In this document: piece by piece, positions 1 to 12,481 of the stretch
Layout: every line of letters starts with the position of its first letter
Position numbering within the stretch: position 1 is the stretch's first letter
Assembly (NCBI RefSeq): GCF_000143415.4
Contig: NW_003314455.1
Span: forward strand, 1-64,000
Length of the DNA stretch: 64,000 nucleotides
Direction of reading: 5' to 3'
Source: Selaginella moellendorffii
Taxonomy: Eukaryota > Plantae > Lycopodiophyta
The notes under the pieces: model-generated
What the model was told of the DNA's origin: nothing
Seen by the model: the letters and a program-made list of their open reading frames with translations, nothing else
Database searches by the model: none
Translations under genes and position numbers: made by a program

Positions 1-104
1 ATTTTCCTTTTCTGCAAGAGAAAAAGTTTTGTTAGTCAAACTAAATAAAGATAATGAGAAATTCAAACAGTCAAAGAGAAAAAAAAAATCAAGTGGGCCA
101 AGAC

Positions 105-385
105 TCCACCTCGGGCACTTTGGCTGCCCGGGGGGCCGAGGTTATTCAAATAACCTCAGCCCCTCCGACCCCTAAAGTGCCCGAGGTCGAGCTCGGCCCG
201 AATAACCTCGGCCCCCTGAGCAGCCAAAGTGCCCGAGGTGGCTGGCCCGAGCTCGAGCTCGGGCAGTTTTGCTTGCCGAGGGGCTGAGGTTATTCAAATA
301 ACCTCAGCCCCTCGGCAAGCCAAAGTGCCCGAGGTGGCACCCCCAACTTTAACTTCGGCAATTTTGCTTGCCGAAGGGCCGAAGT
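105..385. repeat. Cluster of GC-rich direct and inverted ~40-bp repeats (foldback-like)
   Basis: CCACCTCGGGCACTTTGGCTGCCC...GCCGAGGTTATT (~106-145) recurs as its reverse complement at ~201-240 and ~297-337. The near-palindrome GAGGTTATTCAAATAACCTC occurs twice. Confidence 0.8.
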
Positions 386-504
386 TTATTTGATATGCTT
401 TGGACCCCGGGGAATCAAAAAGTGCAAGTGGGAGCGCTCTGATTGCAAACTCACCCTTGGTGGCATCTTTCCTCCCTCGATTTCTTGATCGTGCTAGATT
501 TCTT

Positions 505-745
505 GTGCACTCAATCTCTCCCGCTCGCCCACTCAATCTCTCCTGCTCGCGCACTCAATCTCTCCAGCTCACGTGCTCAATCTCTCCCGCTCGCGTGCTC
601 AATCTCTCCCGCTCGCGCGCTCAATCTCTCCCGCTCATGTGCTCAATCTCTCGATCTCTTGTGTGCTCAATCGCTCGATCTCCTTCGCGCTCAATCCCTC
701 AATCTCCTTCGCACTCAATCTCTCGATCTCTCGCGCGCTCCACTC
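505..745 (+). repeat. Degenerate ~22-bp tandem repeat (CTCAATCTCTCCCGCTCGCGCG-like)
   Basis: About 10 imperfect copies of the CTCAATCTCTC core are visible. Confidence 0.85.
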
Positions 746-1893
746 ACGATGCGAACAGTAACCTAATCTTGGCAGCTACCCTAACCCTAATCCTGATGGC
801 TGCCCTAACCCTAACCAATCTCTAATCCTGGCCGTTCATTCCAAATAACCTAAATCTCAACCATCACAATATCTTTGATCTTATTTTATCTTATCATTAT
901 TATTATATGTAAATTATGCTTCTTTATTTTGTATATTTTAATGATGGTATAACTAGCACCTATCAACATTTCTGTTATTAGAGATATGATATTATATTTT
1001 ACAAATTATCTAGAAAGGATGCATTCTCATCAATATTTTGTACATATTTTGGAATCGTTACAAGAACTTCAAAGAGTATAAATAAGGCACATTAAAATAT
1101 GTTGTACTATATCCATCTATGAATGGATGAATCCTCATCCAGAAATTTATTTTGTGTTGTATTAGATCCTAAACAATAGGCACGTGCTTTAAATGTCATT
1201 GAGCAGTGTTCACAATTATGGATAAGACTTGAGTTGTACTACGAATCAAATCTGTTATTGAAGAATAAGATTTGACAAGATTTATTATCATCTACCACTT
1301 AAAATTTGACAACTTGACATATCACACGTGCTGATAGTTAGATTGGATCTCTTGGTTTGACACGTTATAGCAGAATGTCATTACTGGTATCATTATTAAC
1401 TATCAAACTTCACGTGCTGAAAATCTTTCCTTGGATCTATGTGTATACATGCATCAGACATCATAATAGATGACAGTAATATTAATACTGTCACACTTAC
1501 ACATGTTAAATTTGCTATAGAATTTAAATTCATTTTGTACGTTGTCTTCTTATTACTCTATTTAAATTTCAATTATGTTTCACTATAGATTTTTACAAGT
1601 AGCATAAAGAGAGAGAACTCCAAAACCTATTGAGAAGGATGGAAAGGTTTCTTCTTCATTTTCGAGATCACCCACCTCTTTCATTCTCTCAGAGTATTGT
1701 TTCTGAAAGTTTTTTATGTCGGCGTTTTGATCTTCGTCTTGGCTCTATTTCTTTAGAGGCTGTGATCCGCAATGACACCAGTATAGTTGCATACTCAGAG
1801 TTTCTTCTTTCTGGTGTGGGCGAGGGTGGACAACAATGGGATTTACAAAATTCCAAGTTGAAGGAGATTCGAGTGTTCGGATCTCCAGTCAAA

Positions 1894-4800
1894 ATGCCAA
1901 AATGCGCTCCAACGAAAGTGAATGTGAAGCAAGAGTCAGTCGTTATCCTCTCGTCCTCTTCTAGTTCAAGTGGAGATGTCATGCTAGTGTCGGCGCCAAA
2001 TTCACCAGCTCCAGCTCCAACTTCAGCAATATTCAAAGCCGTTAGCAATGCTTTCCAGTTTTCACGCCTCTCAATCGACGTGCACTTGTTTTTGTATAAG
2101 CTTGTGAGTGAGCTTCCATCCTCCTACAACGGCAACATTTTCTTCGAGCTACCACCTCTTGTCAGCAGCATAGGTTCCAAACGGAAGGGGATGGAAACCA
2201 AGCAGGATGTCCACAATTGGTGCAAGATCAAGACCACACACTTCCAACATTTTGAAGGCACAGTGTCTATAGTTCATTGTGGCGGGCATTTAGATTGTGT
2301 GGATGAAGCATGCAATCGAGACCGCTCTAGAAACTTTATATTTTTCGAAGGGTCTGCAGCCAATCCTCCAGCCTGTGACACCATTGCTGTTGGATTCAAA
2401 TGTCGATTCTGCAAAAATGCTCCTCTATATCGTGCTATCTGCGAGGCCAAGATGTACTACTTTCTTCCACAGGATGGAGTGGCTAGAAGAGCTACAGTGC
2501 ATGTTGGCACACATATGCATCTAATGCAGGAAGGGATACAAAGGAGTTCTCTCAACCGTTTCAAAGATGCTGTACAGGAAGAGACTATGAGAAACTCATC
2601 TGCAACTCCGAAGCATGTTCAGAAGACTGTCCTCAAGGATTTTATCTCAAATACCTTACTCAATCCAGGTTGCCAAAAGACTCAACTAAATGAGGCTAGC
2701 TTGCGGGACTTACTACGAGGAGTACAACCTGCTACTAGCCTAAGGAGGTACATCCGTTATTTTTCATACGTTATAATAATAATTTTTTCTTACATTATAT
2801 TGTTTAGGATAAAATCTTGGATATATGAATCTCGAGAGGGGAAGTTGCAATCAAAAATTGACTCCATCCTTGAATTGAAACGGACCTGTCCATACGAGTT
2901 CATCCACGGAAGTTTGTTTCCAAACCAAGTTGTGAATGAGCAAGAGCGCCCCTTCGTCTTCAAAATGTCTACCATGGGCCCTGCCTCTGGCGTAGATTTT
3001 GTCTCCCGAATGGACATGTTTGGGTCCAGTGACCTTGCAAATGCATGGGTACATTTTGACCATATGGAGCGTGTATCCGGTTGGACAACCATGGGAGCTC
3101 ATGTGTATGATCCAAGGTAATTTTAATTCTCATTATATTGAAATTGTTATAATATTTATGTTTTCATAGGCTACGTTGTAACTTAACAATTGCGACATCA
3201 GAGTTTAAAGTACAAGACCAGACAGCACAGGAAATATTTTGGAAGTCCCTCTCTGATATTGTCCTAAAGCGGACTGGTAAGCCTGCAAACTTTCGTGGTT
3301 TCATGGCAGATGGGGCTGGTGCAAACTGGAATGGTATCCGAGCAGTTTTTGGGAATGGTCAACCATTGTAAGGTCGTGAGAGGACTTGTGAGTTCCATTG
3401 GGCTCAAAGCCTAAACCAGCACTACCACCTTATTAAGCCAGAGTTTCAATTAATATTTAAGGAGTTGTGCAAACAATGGCAGGTTGCACCTTCTGAAGAA
3501 GAGCATGAGGCAAAAGCAAACGAGATTCGAATGTGGTGGCATGAAGATGGCCATACAGACATAAGTTGCCTACCACAACTTGAGTCATGGTTAGGATGGT
3601 GGGAAGTTAGGATGTTCCAATGGGGACATCACTCTTTTCAGGTTGGTTTATATTTTTTCTTCTCCTTTTATTACCTTTTAATATTGCCTTTTCCATTATG
3701 ATCAACCACTTGAGGACCTTGCATACACCCCAACTGTGAATCTCTCCGAAAGTAAGCATTGGAGTTAGCGTTCCTCTGAGGCAGGGAAAGGGAAGATGAG
3801 TCTATACGAAGCCTGTCTATCAGATTTGATACGTGCTATAGAGCAATCTTCAAAAGCACTGGCATTCAAGGAAGGAAGATACATGGGAACAGGGCCTTCT
3901 GTTGAGATGTTACATGATAGGATGAAGAGAAAATTAACTCCACCCGCCCGAACAGTGGCAATTGCAGTTGAGGAAGTGGTCCATGGCACATCTATGGAGT
4001 ACACTCCCCGAGCTTCTATTGGTGATATGAAGACTGTCCGCTCAAAGCGTCGTTTTTCCTTTGCTGGGGAAGATGTTGGTACGGACCTTGGAGCAAAAAG
4101 CTCTTACAGGCCTAATGTCGAATACCATTCTGCTCCAAGACACCGCTCTCGGACCGAGCCACCTCAAGTGGCTGATGAAGAGAGTGCATCGCAACAGGTT
4201 GAAATTGCTTACCGTAGCGTGGAGCCGAAGCAATGGGCAATCCGACGCATGCCAGCAAAATCGAATGTAAGGTGTGTGGGGATGCTTCCGAGGGGCAAGT
4301 GTTGGGCCTGGATTCGTGGTGAAAAATCTGCTTCTGTTCCAGCCCCATGTTTCTATGGGGAACGAAAGCAAGTAGGATTTTCAAGATGGTGTTGGCTATA
4401 TTGTTGCAACACCGACGCCAACCATACGAAGCGGCTTGAAGACACTATAGTGACTAAACCTGATGCAGTACCTAAAGAATGGCCGGTTGCTAATGCGGTT
4501 GCGCTCACCTCAGATGAGATTGAAAACCTTGAGAAATCTGGTTTTAATCTTGAGAGGAGAGTTGGAGACATGAGTGACAGGAGCAGGACTATTCCTACAG
4601 AGATGCACAGGAGGCCAGCACGAAAAGGTAAGGCAGTTAAATTTATTGGTACCGTCTCCAAGCAGAAGCAAGGTAAAATAAACTTGGCTCAAACACTTGA
4701 GTGTGAGATTCTCTCCACGAAGTACATCATTACGCTTGCAAAAGAGTACACAGTCAAAACAGAAGGTGGAGAGTACACAATTGCCATTCACGACTTTCCT

Positions 4801-4977
4801 TGTTACACATATCCAGACTTTACGAAGCGCGAGGAACATGGGAAGGCATATGCTCCTTGCAAGCATATGTACTACATCTTCATCAACATCTTGCACCAGG
4901 ATCCTAAAGTGGATATTCATATACACCAAACAAGCCTTACTATTGCTGAGTTGCAGAAAAATTTTAGAGCTAATTAG
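1894..4977 (+). pseudogene. Mutator-like (MULE-type) DDE transposase with N-terminal Cys/His (GCM/WRKY-like) domain and C-terminal SWIM finger; disabled
   Basis: Spliced reading (introns ~2748-2808, ~3117-3169, ~3642-3705) gives WVHFD (D1), FRGFMADGAGANW (D2), ERTCEFHW (CxxH) and TVNLSESKH (E). The SWIM-like motif reads PCYTYPDF...PCKHMYY. In-frame stops TAA 3369-3371 and TAG 3766-3768; SWIM Cys codons appear converted to Tyr. Confidence 0.8.
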
Positions 4978-5225
4978 ATTTCTCCAACACTATCGATGTT
5001 TATTCTCTATCAATAAAACTTATTATACTTTATATAATTAATACAAATGTGCTTTTTCATTTCACTTTTCATTTTATATGCTTCCGAGTGTTCTTCTCGC
5101 AATACTGCCCATAGTACTCGTGTGTCTCCATTTCTGTCTTTACCATCTCATAAAAGATTTCATAGTAGTCTTTCGGGTGCATGATGTTGCAGTGTGTTGC
5201 AAGAGCATATATACCATCATACTGA

Positions 5226-6327
5226 TGTAAGGGACTAAATTTTCCATTCTACTTTAGTCACTTAACCACACCTCTGACCACTTGGAGGAGTCTCATTCAC
5301 AACCTCCATAAGTCCAATCCAGGACTTGGGACTTGCTAGCCCCGAGAATGGCATCCATGCCACTCAACATTTGCACTTGGTCCAAGTGCTCCACGTGTCC
5401 GATCCCATGACCGACACTCAAAGGTACCACCGACATAGCAGCCCGTTACGCTAAGGCCATGCCCAATCACCTTTGCCACACTGGTAGTCCAATACCACTT
5501 GCATCACCGTCTTGGCTCTCCAAGACTAGGCAAACCATCCGTGAGTGGTCATCTCAGATCCACTCCTTAGCATCCTTAGGATGCCCACTGACAAGGGGAA
5601 TAGCCTTCCCCAATATCCCTCTGTCAGTCCCCACTAAGTCCCTTCCTGCTCCTGGCCGTGTTTGCCAACACTGCCACTGGATCGAGACCCACAGGCCCGA
5701 CCACTAAGTCCCACGGCCCTCTGGGACTTCCTCACCACACGACTGTGTCCTTGGTCACTACCCCAGAGGACTGCTCCTCTTCCTTTCCACAGTCTGGGCC
5801 TTTGGGACAACATTTCGGAACACCGTGGCCTTACGCGAGCCACCTGGGTACTCTCCTCGCCTTCTGTCCTTGGGTGCTCTAGCCATGGGCTTAGAGCGGG
5901 TTCCGTTGAGCCACGACAGGTATCCAAGTAGGTAGTGCCACCCACACTTGGACTGGGAGCATCGGCCAGTCGATCTCCCGGGGGAACTAGAGCCGGCTCT
6001 TGAACACTTCACCAAGCTACCCCGCTTGTCGGTCTGTGTTCACTCTAGTCTTGGACTTCCCAGTGGGCAGCTCATCACCCAACACTGGGTCCGGCCTTCC
6101 TGGGCCAAACTGGCCTTTCCTGGCCAAACTGGCTCCACTGCAGTCCTCCCCCTACTATACTTTTGGAGCTCACCAAACCCCCCAGGGTCTGGGAGACGAA
6201 CGCTTTGGGCTTTCACCCTCTCAGGCTCCGGACTCGGACTCGGACTCGGACTTGGACTCGGACTTGGACTCGGACTCGGGCTCGGGCTCGGTCTCGGCCT
6301 CGGCCTCGGTCTCGGTCTCGGTCCCGA

Positions 6328-6365
<38 letters not shown>

Positions 6366-6843
6366 CCGGTCTCGGTCCCGGTCTCGGTCTCGACTTCGGA
6401 CTCCATCTCAGACTCCATCTCGGACTCCATCTCGGACTCCATCTCGGACTCCATCTCGGGTCCATCTCGGACTCCATCTCGGGTCCATCTCGGACTCCAT
6501 CTCGGGTCCATTTCGGACTCCAACTCGGGTCCATCTCGGACTCCACTTCGGACTCCAACTCGAGTCCATCTCGGACTCCACTTCGGACTCCAACTCGAGT
6601 CCATCTCGGACACTTCCATGTGTCATGTGTTGGTCCTTTTGGGTCCCTTTTTGGAGCCTTGCTTTTTGCTCGCTTCGTGCTCGTTCCTCGAGCACTTCGT
6701 TGGGAGTTCCACTCCCGCTCTTGACTTTTCAAGTCGGAGCTTTTGGTCCAAACGTGTTACGCTCGTTTGGCTCTCGCTTCAGCCACTACCACGTGGCACC
6801 CTTTCCGGCTCCACTTTGGGGCCTAGGGATTTTGTGTCTCACA
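5226..6843 (-). repeat. 3' LTR of the 7.25-kb element (1618 bp)
   Basis: Direct repeat of 10984-12476; starts TGTAAG and ends CTCACA. Confidence 0.95.
6228..6610 (+). repeat. Compound micro/minisatellite in the LTR: (GGACTC)n, (GGTCTC)n, (GGACTCCATCTC)n and 35-bp units
   Basis: Read directly; a shorter version lies at ~11986-12243 in the other LTR. Confidence 0.95.
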
Positions 6844-6946
6844 ACTCCACCACCCATAGACGAAGTTCGATGTCCTCATCGAACGGTAAACCACTTTATA
6901 AAGTAACACCCGCATGTGTTACCATTTCCATCCTTGGCACCTAGCC

Positions 6947-7070
6947 AATATTTGTCAATGGTTTGACATTGAAGGCTCACCATGCCTTCTCCATACTTGT
7001 CAATGGTTTAACATTGAAGGCTCACCATGCCTTTTGCATTTTCCTCAATCCAAAGGCTCACCATGCCTTG
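6947..7070 (+). repeat. ~45-bp tandem repeat, about 2.5 copies
   Basis: TTGTCAATGGTTTRACATTGAAGGCTCACCATGCCTT occurs twice, plus a third AAGGCTCACCATGCCTT. Confidence 0.85.
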
Positions 7071-10000
7071 CCTATCCCCTAAGGAGGGTAGTCTCCCCAA
7101 CTTAGAGACTGATTGGACCACATGTAGTGGTTCTCGCTAAACCTCTTAGAGACCCTTCTCTAAGTCAATCCCACTACTCCTTCTCAAATAGTCTCAATTT
7201 CCATCTATTGAACGTTTGCACCTTGGAACTTTTACTCTTTTGACTTTTGGAAGTCAATTTCCTAGGTGTCTCCAACACCTTGCATTGCACAGATTGTGCA
7301 ACTCCACTTCCCCATCCTAGGAAGTTCATTACTTGAGGGCACCATCATCCTCTCTTCTATTTCGTGCCACCTTGGGCACTAAGTTCCAATTATCATACTT
7401 TGTGTTAGGGCTGTCCATGGCCCTATCATTTGGCTACCTTACCGCTCCCTCACTTGGAGCTTTTACTTCGCCAAATTGGAGCACTTAGGAATCCATCCTT
7501 GGAAGTCCACTTCCTTTCCCACAAGTTGTTAGCACCGAACACATTAGTGTTCCTTGGCTAACTTTGCCATTTGGATCCCTTCCAGTAAATTCCATGGCCC
7601 AAACTTGGCCACTAGTCCTTTGCTCCTATCCTTGATTGTTGCACCCAGCAACATCGGATCGCTACCTCCATTTTTGAGGTATCCTTTCGGTTCCATAGCA
7701 AAGACTCTTCTTTGCCTAGTCCGGAGGATGTTCGCCCCTAGTACGTCTCTTTAGCATCTTCTGCTATGGGCTCTATCCATGGCCCAACTTCGTGACCCTC
7801 CCATGGGTCTTTTATAGAGACTACTTTCCTCAGACTCATTATGCCATCGGACGGATATAGTTTATTTCCCTTAGGTGCTCTTCCCACTTGGTCATCACGA
7901 CCAAGCCACACCATCTTAAACAGTTCAATTTCAACATTTTGAACCAGGAACTTCATTCCTTAGCCAACCAAGGACCTTGTCCTTATCTGGCCATAAGATC
8001 ACCTAGTGATCTCACCTTGGCACCTTAACAGAGTTGCCAAGAGGTACTTGGTCTTCTAGACCTCTAAGTTGTTGGCTATAACCCCGGGGGCATCCCCCAC
8101 ACTCGGCGGTGCACCCAAGCTAGCCCTTACGGCCAAGGGTTCATAGCAACTGAGATTAGGTGTCCCCATCTCACTCACCACGACCTTGGTGCCACTTGCA
8201 CCAAAGCGTTCAAGTTAGATATGCCGAGCTTTCACTCTAAGTAATCTAACCGTGCATCACGACTCCGAGGCATCCCTCGCTTGGCGGTGTGCCCAAACCA
8301 GTCTCCCCACTGAGAGTCCATGACCACCGAAATATGAGTGTCCTCATATTCCAAACCATCACCACGCCCTAGTGATTTGGGACTCGAACCCAAGCACTAG
8401 AGGGTCGGGACTCGAACCCAACCTCCGTATATGCATCTACGGACGGCATCACACAAGATGCCTGGCGTGACTCCCCACGCCGGTGCACCAACTTATTTTT
8501 AAAGCGCGCTACAAATCACAGCTTAGGAACCTAGTTCCTCCACACTGCCAAGTCCTCTCACGTGACATGTCTGTGATCATGCATGGACTCCTCCATGCTC
8601 GGCCCCATGGCCCACCCTTTTTGAAGTTATCACCTTCAACTAGGGTATTTGTTCCCCCGACGTGCCAATCTCGCTTGGCAAGTTCTCCGACCACTGTAAC
8701 ATAGTTCCTGCATAAGCGTGAAAGTCCTTGACCATCGACTTTCGTTCAAAGCCCTCTCTTTGAACACTCGGGAACTACTTCCCTAACCTTGATAGCCTTG
8801 CCTCATGGCAAGCTTCAAGACCACGCTTCTGCTGCGCCACTCTGATTTCGCGCGTTCCATGAACCATTTACACTTGGCCTTTCTAGGTACTAAGCTACCT
8901 AGAATCGTCTTTGGGAACCTTGAAGGAACTCTGTCCCTCAGCTTGCTAAGGCCTCCCTTTTGCAAGCCTTCCAAATGCCACATAGTCTAACATGGACAAT
9001 TCCATAACTTAGACTCTCCATGGCATCACGGTTGCTAGCGGCAACACCCTCGAGCCCCCACTTGATTCCCCACTCCCAGCTGGCATAACCAACCTTGGTT
9101 ATGCCCTTCAATTTCTATGGTTCAGTTCCATCCTAATACTACTTGCCTTTGGCTTCACAGCTTTCCTTCGGTCATTCTCCTCCAAATCAGGAGGATAGCT
9201 TTGCACTTTCTATCATGCCTTAGCAAGTATTCTTAGGGATGAACCTACCCAATAGCCCAGGGAGTGGTTCCTCAATCCGGGTATGCTCACCTTATAATCC
9301 CACACACTGGGATTACATTGTTGCTTATGGGCCTTTACATGCCCATCACTAGCCTTGCCAAAATTCCATTTTTGGCTTTGTCCAACTTGGGTAGACAGTC
9401 CTCTCCTGTCTCCGCAACCTTGGACATTTGGATAGCACCTTCTATCCATCATTCGCTAGGGACTTAGTCCCTTGGGCTTTATCCATTGCCCTCGCGACAT
9501 CAAACACCACCTTCTGGTGTTCTAGAGTGTTCAGGTGTCCCAATGATGGCTTTCTTGACAATGAGTATTTCCTTTTATGACATTGACTTACTATATCGCA
9601 ACATAAGCAACTTATCCCCCGCAAGGGTATATCCGACTTCCCTATGCTAGAAGTCTTGGGTAGCTACCTTCTACCCGTTTAACCAGTTATTTTGCACTTC
9701 TTGCTTAGTTGCCTCATAGTTGTCAAGTCCTACAACTCATTGCTTGGTGCTTTCACACCTCCATCATTATCTGGGTCACCGCACTCCAACTGCATGCTCT
9801 GCAGCTTAGGCTATGCCATTCCCATTTCCATTGGGATTCCTTTGGCAAGGGGTTCTCATGAACCCACCAACATAGCCTCAAGGTATCACACCTTAGCACA
9901 TTTGGTGTCTTCACACCATCGGCTCCACAAGCCTACCTCTATGACACTTCTTCTTTGTGTCTAAGTCTTTGCCAAGACCAATGCCACTCTTTCTCATGCC

Positions 10001-10983
10001 AACTATCCGTTAGCACTACACCATAGAGGTCACACACAACTTTGTGTCAAAGTGGTTTTCTTTTTTTTTTTTTTTTTTGGGGAACACCTTTCCCACGACT
10101 TTAGCATGGCACATTTTGCCATCGATGAGATACCCTCTGTTCTCATCCTTGGATCCTATGATCCCCCCCCCCCCCCATCCTTTGTGGGGTACAACACACC
10201 TCAGTCCAAATGCTTCCATCAGTCCTTTTAGGACCATCTCTTGACTCTACTTGAGTCATCCAGCAGTTTTGGACTTGGTTAATCCACAGACCTGTAAGGT
10301 CCTACTTGTGAGGCACTAGCTCACTGGAATACACTTCTTGCATTCCTGTCCTACTCAAAAGGACTATTTTCACAAGTGTTACTCCGACACTTGATTTTGT
10401 TCTCTGGGGGCAACCTTTGCCCCTTATGACTACTTGTCCATGTGATGAGAATACCAACTCATCCACTTAATACACCCCCAACTCCTTGGGTTGTTCCAGC
10501 ATTTGTTAGAGGTAGCCCCGGCTACCATTTCGAGGACTCGTGTCCTCATCCATACTTGACCTCTCACAGTCATCCATTCCGTCTCACTTTCATGAGCACC
10601 AGCCTCAACCATGTGAGGATAAACTTGTGACTCCTTTATTGTTTTTGGAGTCTCTATCTTCCCCGTGATCCCAACTATAGTTGTTTAACCCAACTACATT
10701 AGCCCATTTGCTGAGTCAAACGCTCATCTGGATCACCTCCTCAACTCAATGAGGAAAACCTTGCACTGTTCCCAAGATCCCAAAGTCGTTCCATTATTGG
10801 CCCCTTTTCTATCCACCACCTTGTCTACCAGTTCACACATGAACTGTAATGGAGAGCCATGTCTTCCCGACCTGCTACTCCTCAAGGATAGGCCCACTTC
10901 TCGGACCTCCCGTTGCCAACACCAGTGGTGATATACTTTAGCACCAATAAAAGTCGGACTAAGGAACAGCTCCGATACCAAAT

Positions 10984-12476
10984 TGTAAGGGACTAAATTT
11001 TCCATTCTACTTTAGTCACTTAACCACACCTCTGACCACTTGGAGGAGTCTCATTCACAACCTCCATAAGTCCAATCCAGGACTTGGGACTTGCTAGCCC
11101 CGAGAATGGCATCCATGCCACTCAACATTTGCACTTGGTCCAAGTGCTCCACGTGTCCGATCCCATGACCGACACTCAAAGGTACCACCGACATAGCAGC
11201 CCGTTACGCTAAGGCCATGCCCAATCACCTTTGCCATACTGGTAGTCCAATACCACTTGCATCACCGTCTTGGCTCTCCAAGACTAGGCAAACCATCCGT
11301 GAGTGGTCATCTCAGATCCACTCCTTAGCATCCTTAGGATGCCCACCGACAAGGGGAATAGCCTTCCCCAATATCCCTCTGTCAGTCCCCACTAAGTCCC
11401 TTCCTGCCCCTGGCCGTGTTTGCCAACACTGCCACTGGATCGAGACCCACAGGCCCGACCACTAAGTCCCACGGCCCTCTGGGACTTCCTCACCACACGA
11501 CTGTGTCCTTGGTCACTACCCCAGAGGATTGCTCCTCTTCCTTTCCACAGTCTGGGCCTTTGGGACAACATTTCGGAACACCGTGGCCTTACGCGAGCCA
11601 CCTGGGTACTCTCCTCGCCTTCTGTCCTTGGGTGCTCTAGCCATGGGCTTAGAGCGGGTTCCGTTGAGCCACGACAGGTATCCAAGTAGGTAGTGCCACC
11701 CACACTTGGACTGGGAGCATCGGCCAGTCGATCTCCCGGGGGAACTAGAGCCGGCTCTTGAACACTTCACCAAGCTACCCCGCTTGTCGGTCTGTGTTCA
11801 CTCTAGTCTTGGACTTCCCAGTGGGCAGCTCATCACCCAACACTGGGTCCGGCCTTCCTGGGCCAAACTGGCCTTTCCTGGCCAAACTGGCTCCACTGCA
11901 GTCCTCCCCCTACTATACTTTTGGAGCTCACCAAACCCCCCAGGGTCTGGGAGACGAACGCTTTGGGCTTTCACCCTCTCAGGCTCCGGACTCGGACTCG
12001 GACTCGGACTCGGACTCGGACTCGGTCTCGGTCTCGGTCTCGGTCCCGGTCTCGATCCCGGTCTCGGTCTCGACTTCGGACTCCATCTCAGACTCCATCT
12101 CGGACTCCATCTCGGACTCCATCTCGGGTCCATCTCGGACTCCATCTCGGGTCCATCTCGGACTCCATCTCGGGTCCATTTCGGACTCCAACTCGGGTCC
12201 ATCTCGGACTCCACTTCGGACTCCAACTCGAGTCCATCTCGGACACTTCCATGTGTCATGTGTTGGTCCTTTTGGGTCCCTTTTTGGAGCCTTGCTTTTT
12301 GCTCGCTTCGTGCTCGTTCCTTGAGCACTTCGTTGGGAGTTCCACTCCCGCTCTTGACTTTTCAAGTCGGAGCTTTTGGTCCAAACGTGTTACGCTCGTT
12401 TGGCTCTCGCTTCAGCCACTACCACGTGGCACCCTTTCCGGCTCCACTTTGGGGCCTAGGGATTTTGTGTCTCACA
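10984..12476 (-). repeat. 5' LTR of the 7.25-kb element (1493 bp)
   Basis: Direct repeat of 5226-6843, adjacent to the PBS. Confidence 0.95.
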
Positions 12477-12481
12477 ACTAA

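Larger units (their letters stand above)
5226..12476 (-). mobile_element. Non-autonomous LTR retrotransposon (LARD-like, probably Ty3/gypsy-derived), 7.25 kb
   Basis: LTRs 5226-6843 and 10984-12476 (TG...CA, near identical). iMet-type PBS on the minus strand (TGGTATCGGAGC, 10969-10980). PPT-like ATGGGTGGTGGAGT at 6844-6857 (minus). Flanks ACTGA/ACTAA. No long internal ORF. Confidence 0.95.

Noticed and set aside
778-815. CCCTAA repeats as a telomere (also TTAGGG at ~33085 and ~33348)
   Set aside because: Only 2-4 interstitial units; consistent with telo-box motifs, not a chromosome end.
5948-6944. Long overlapping ORFs with SD/GL/RS/PR repeats (also 11706-12494)
   Set aside because: They arise from stop-free hexamer repeats inside the LTRs. 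Frames differ between the two LTR copies and no domain is evident.
8370-8425. tRNA gene
   Set aside because: Only T-arm-like hairpins; no acceptor stem, D arm or anticodon arm found.
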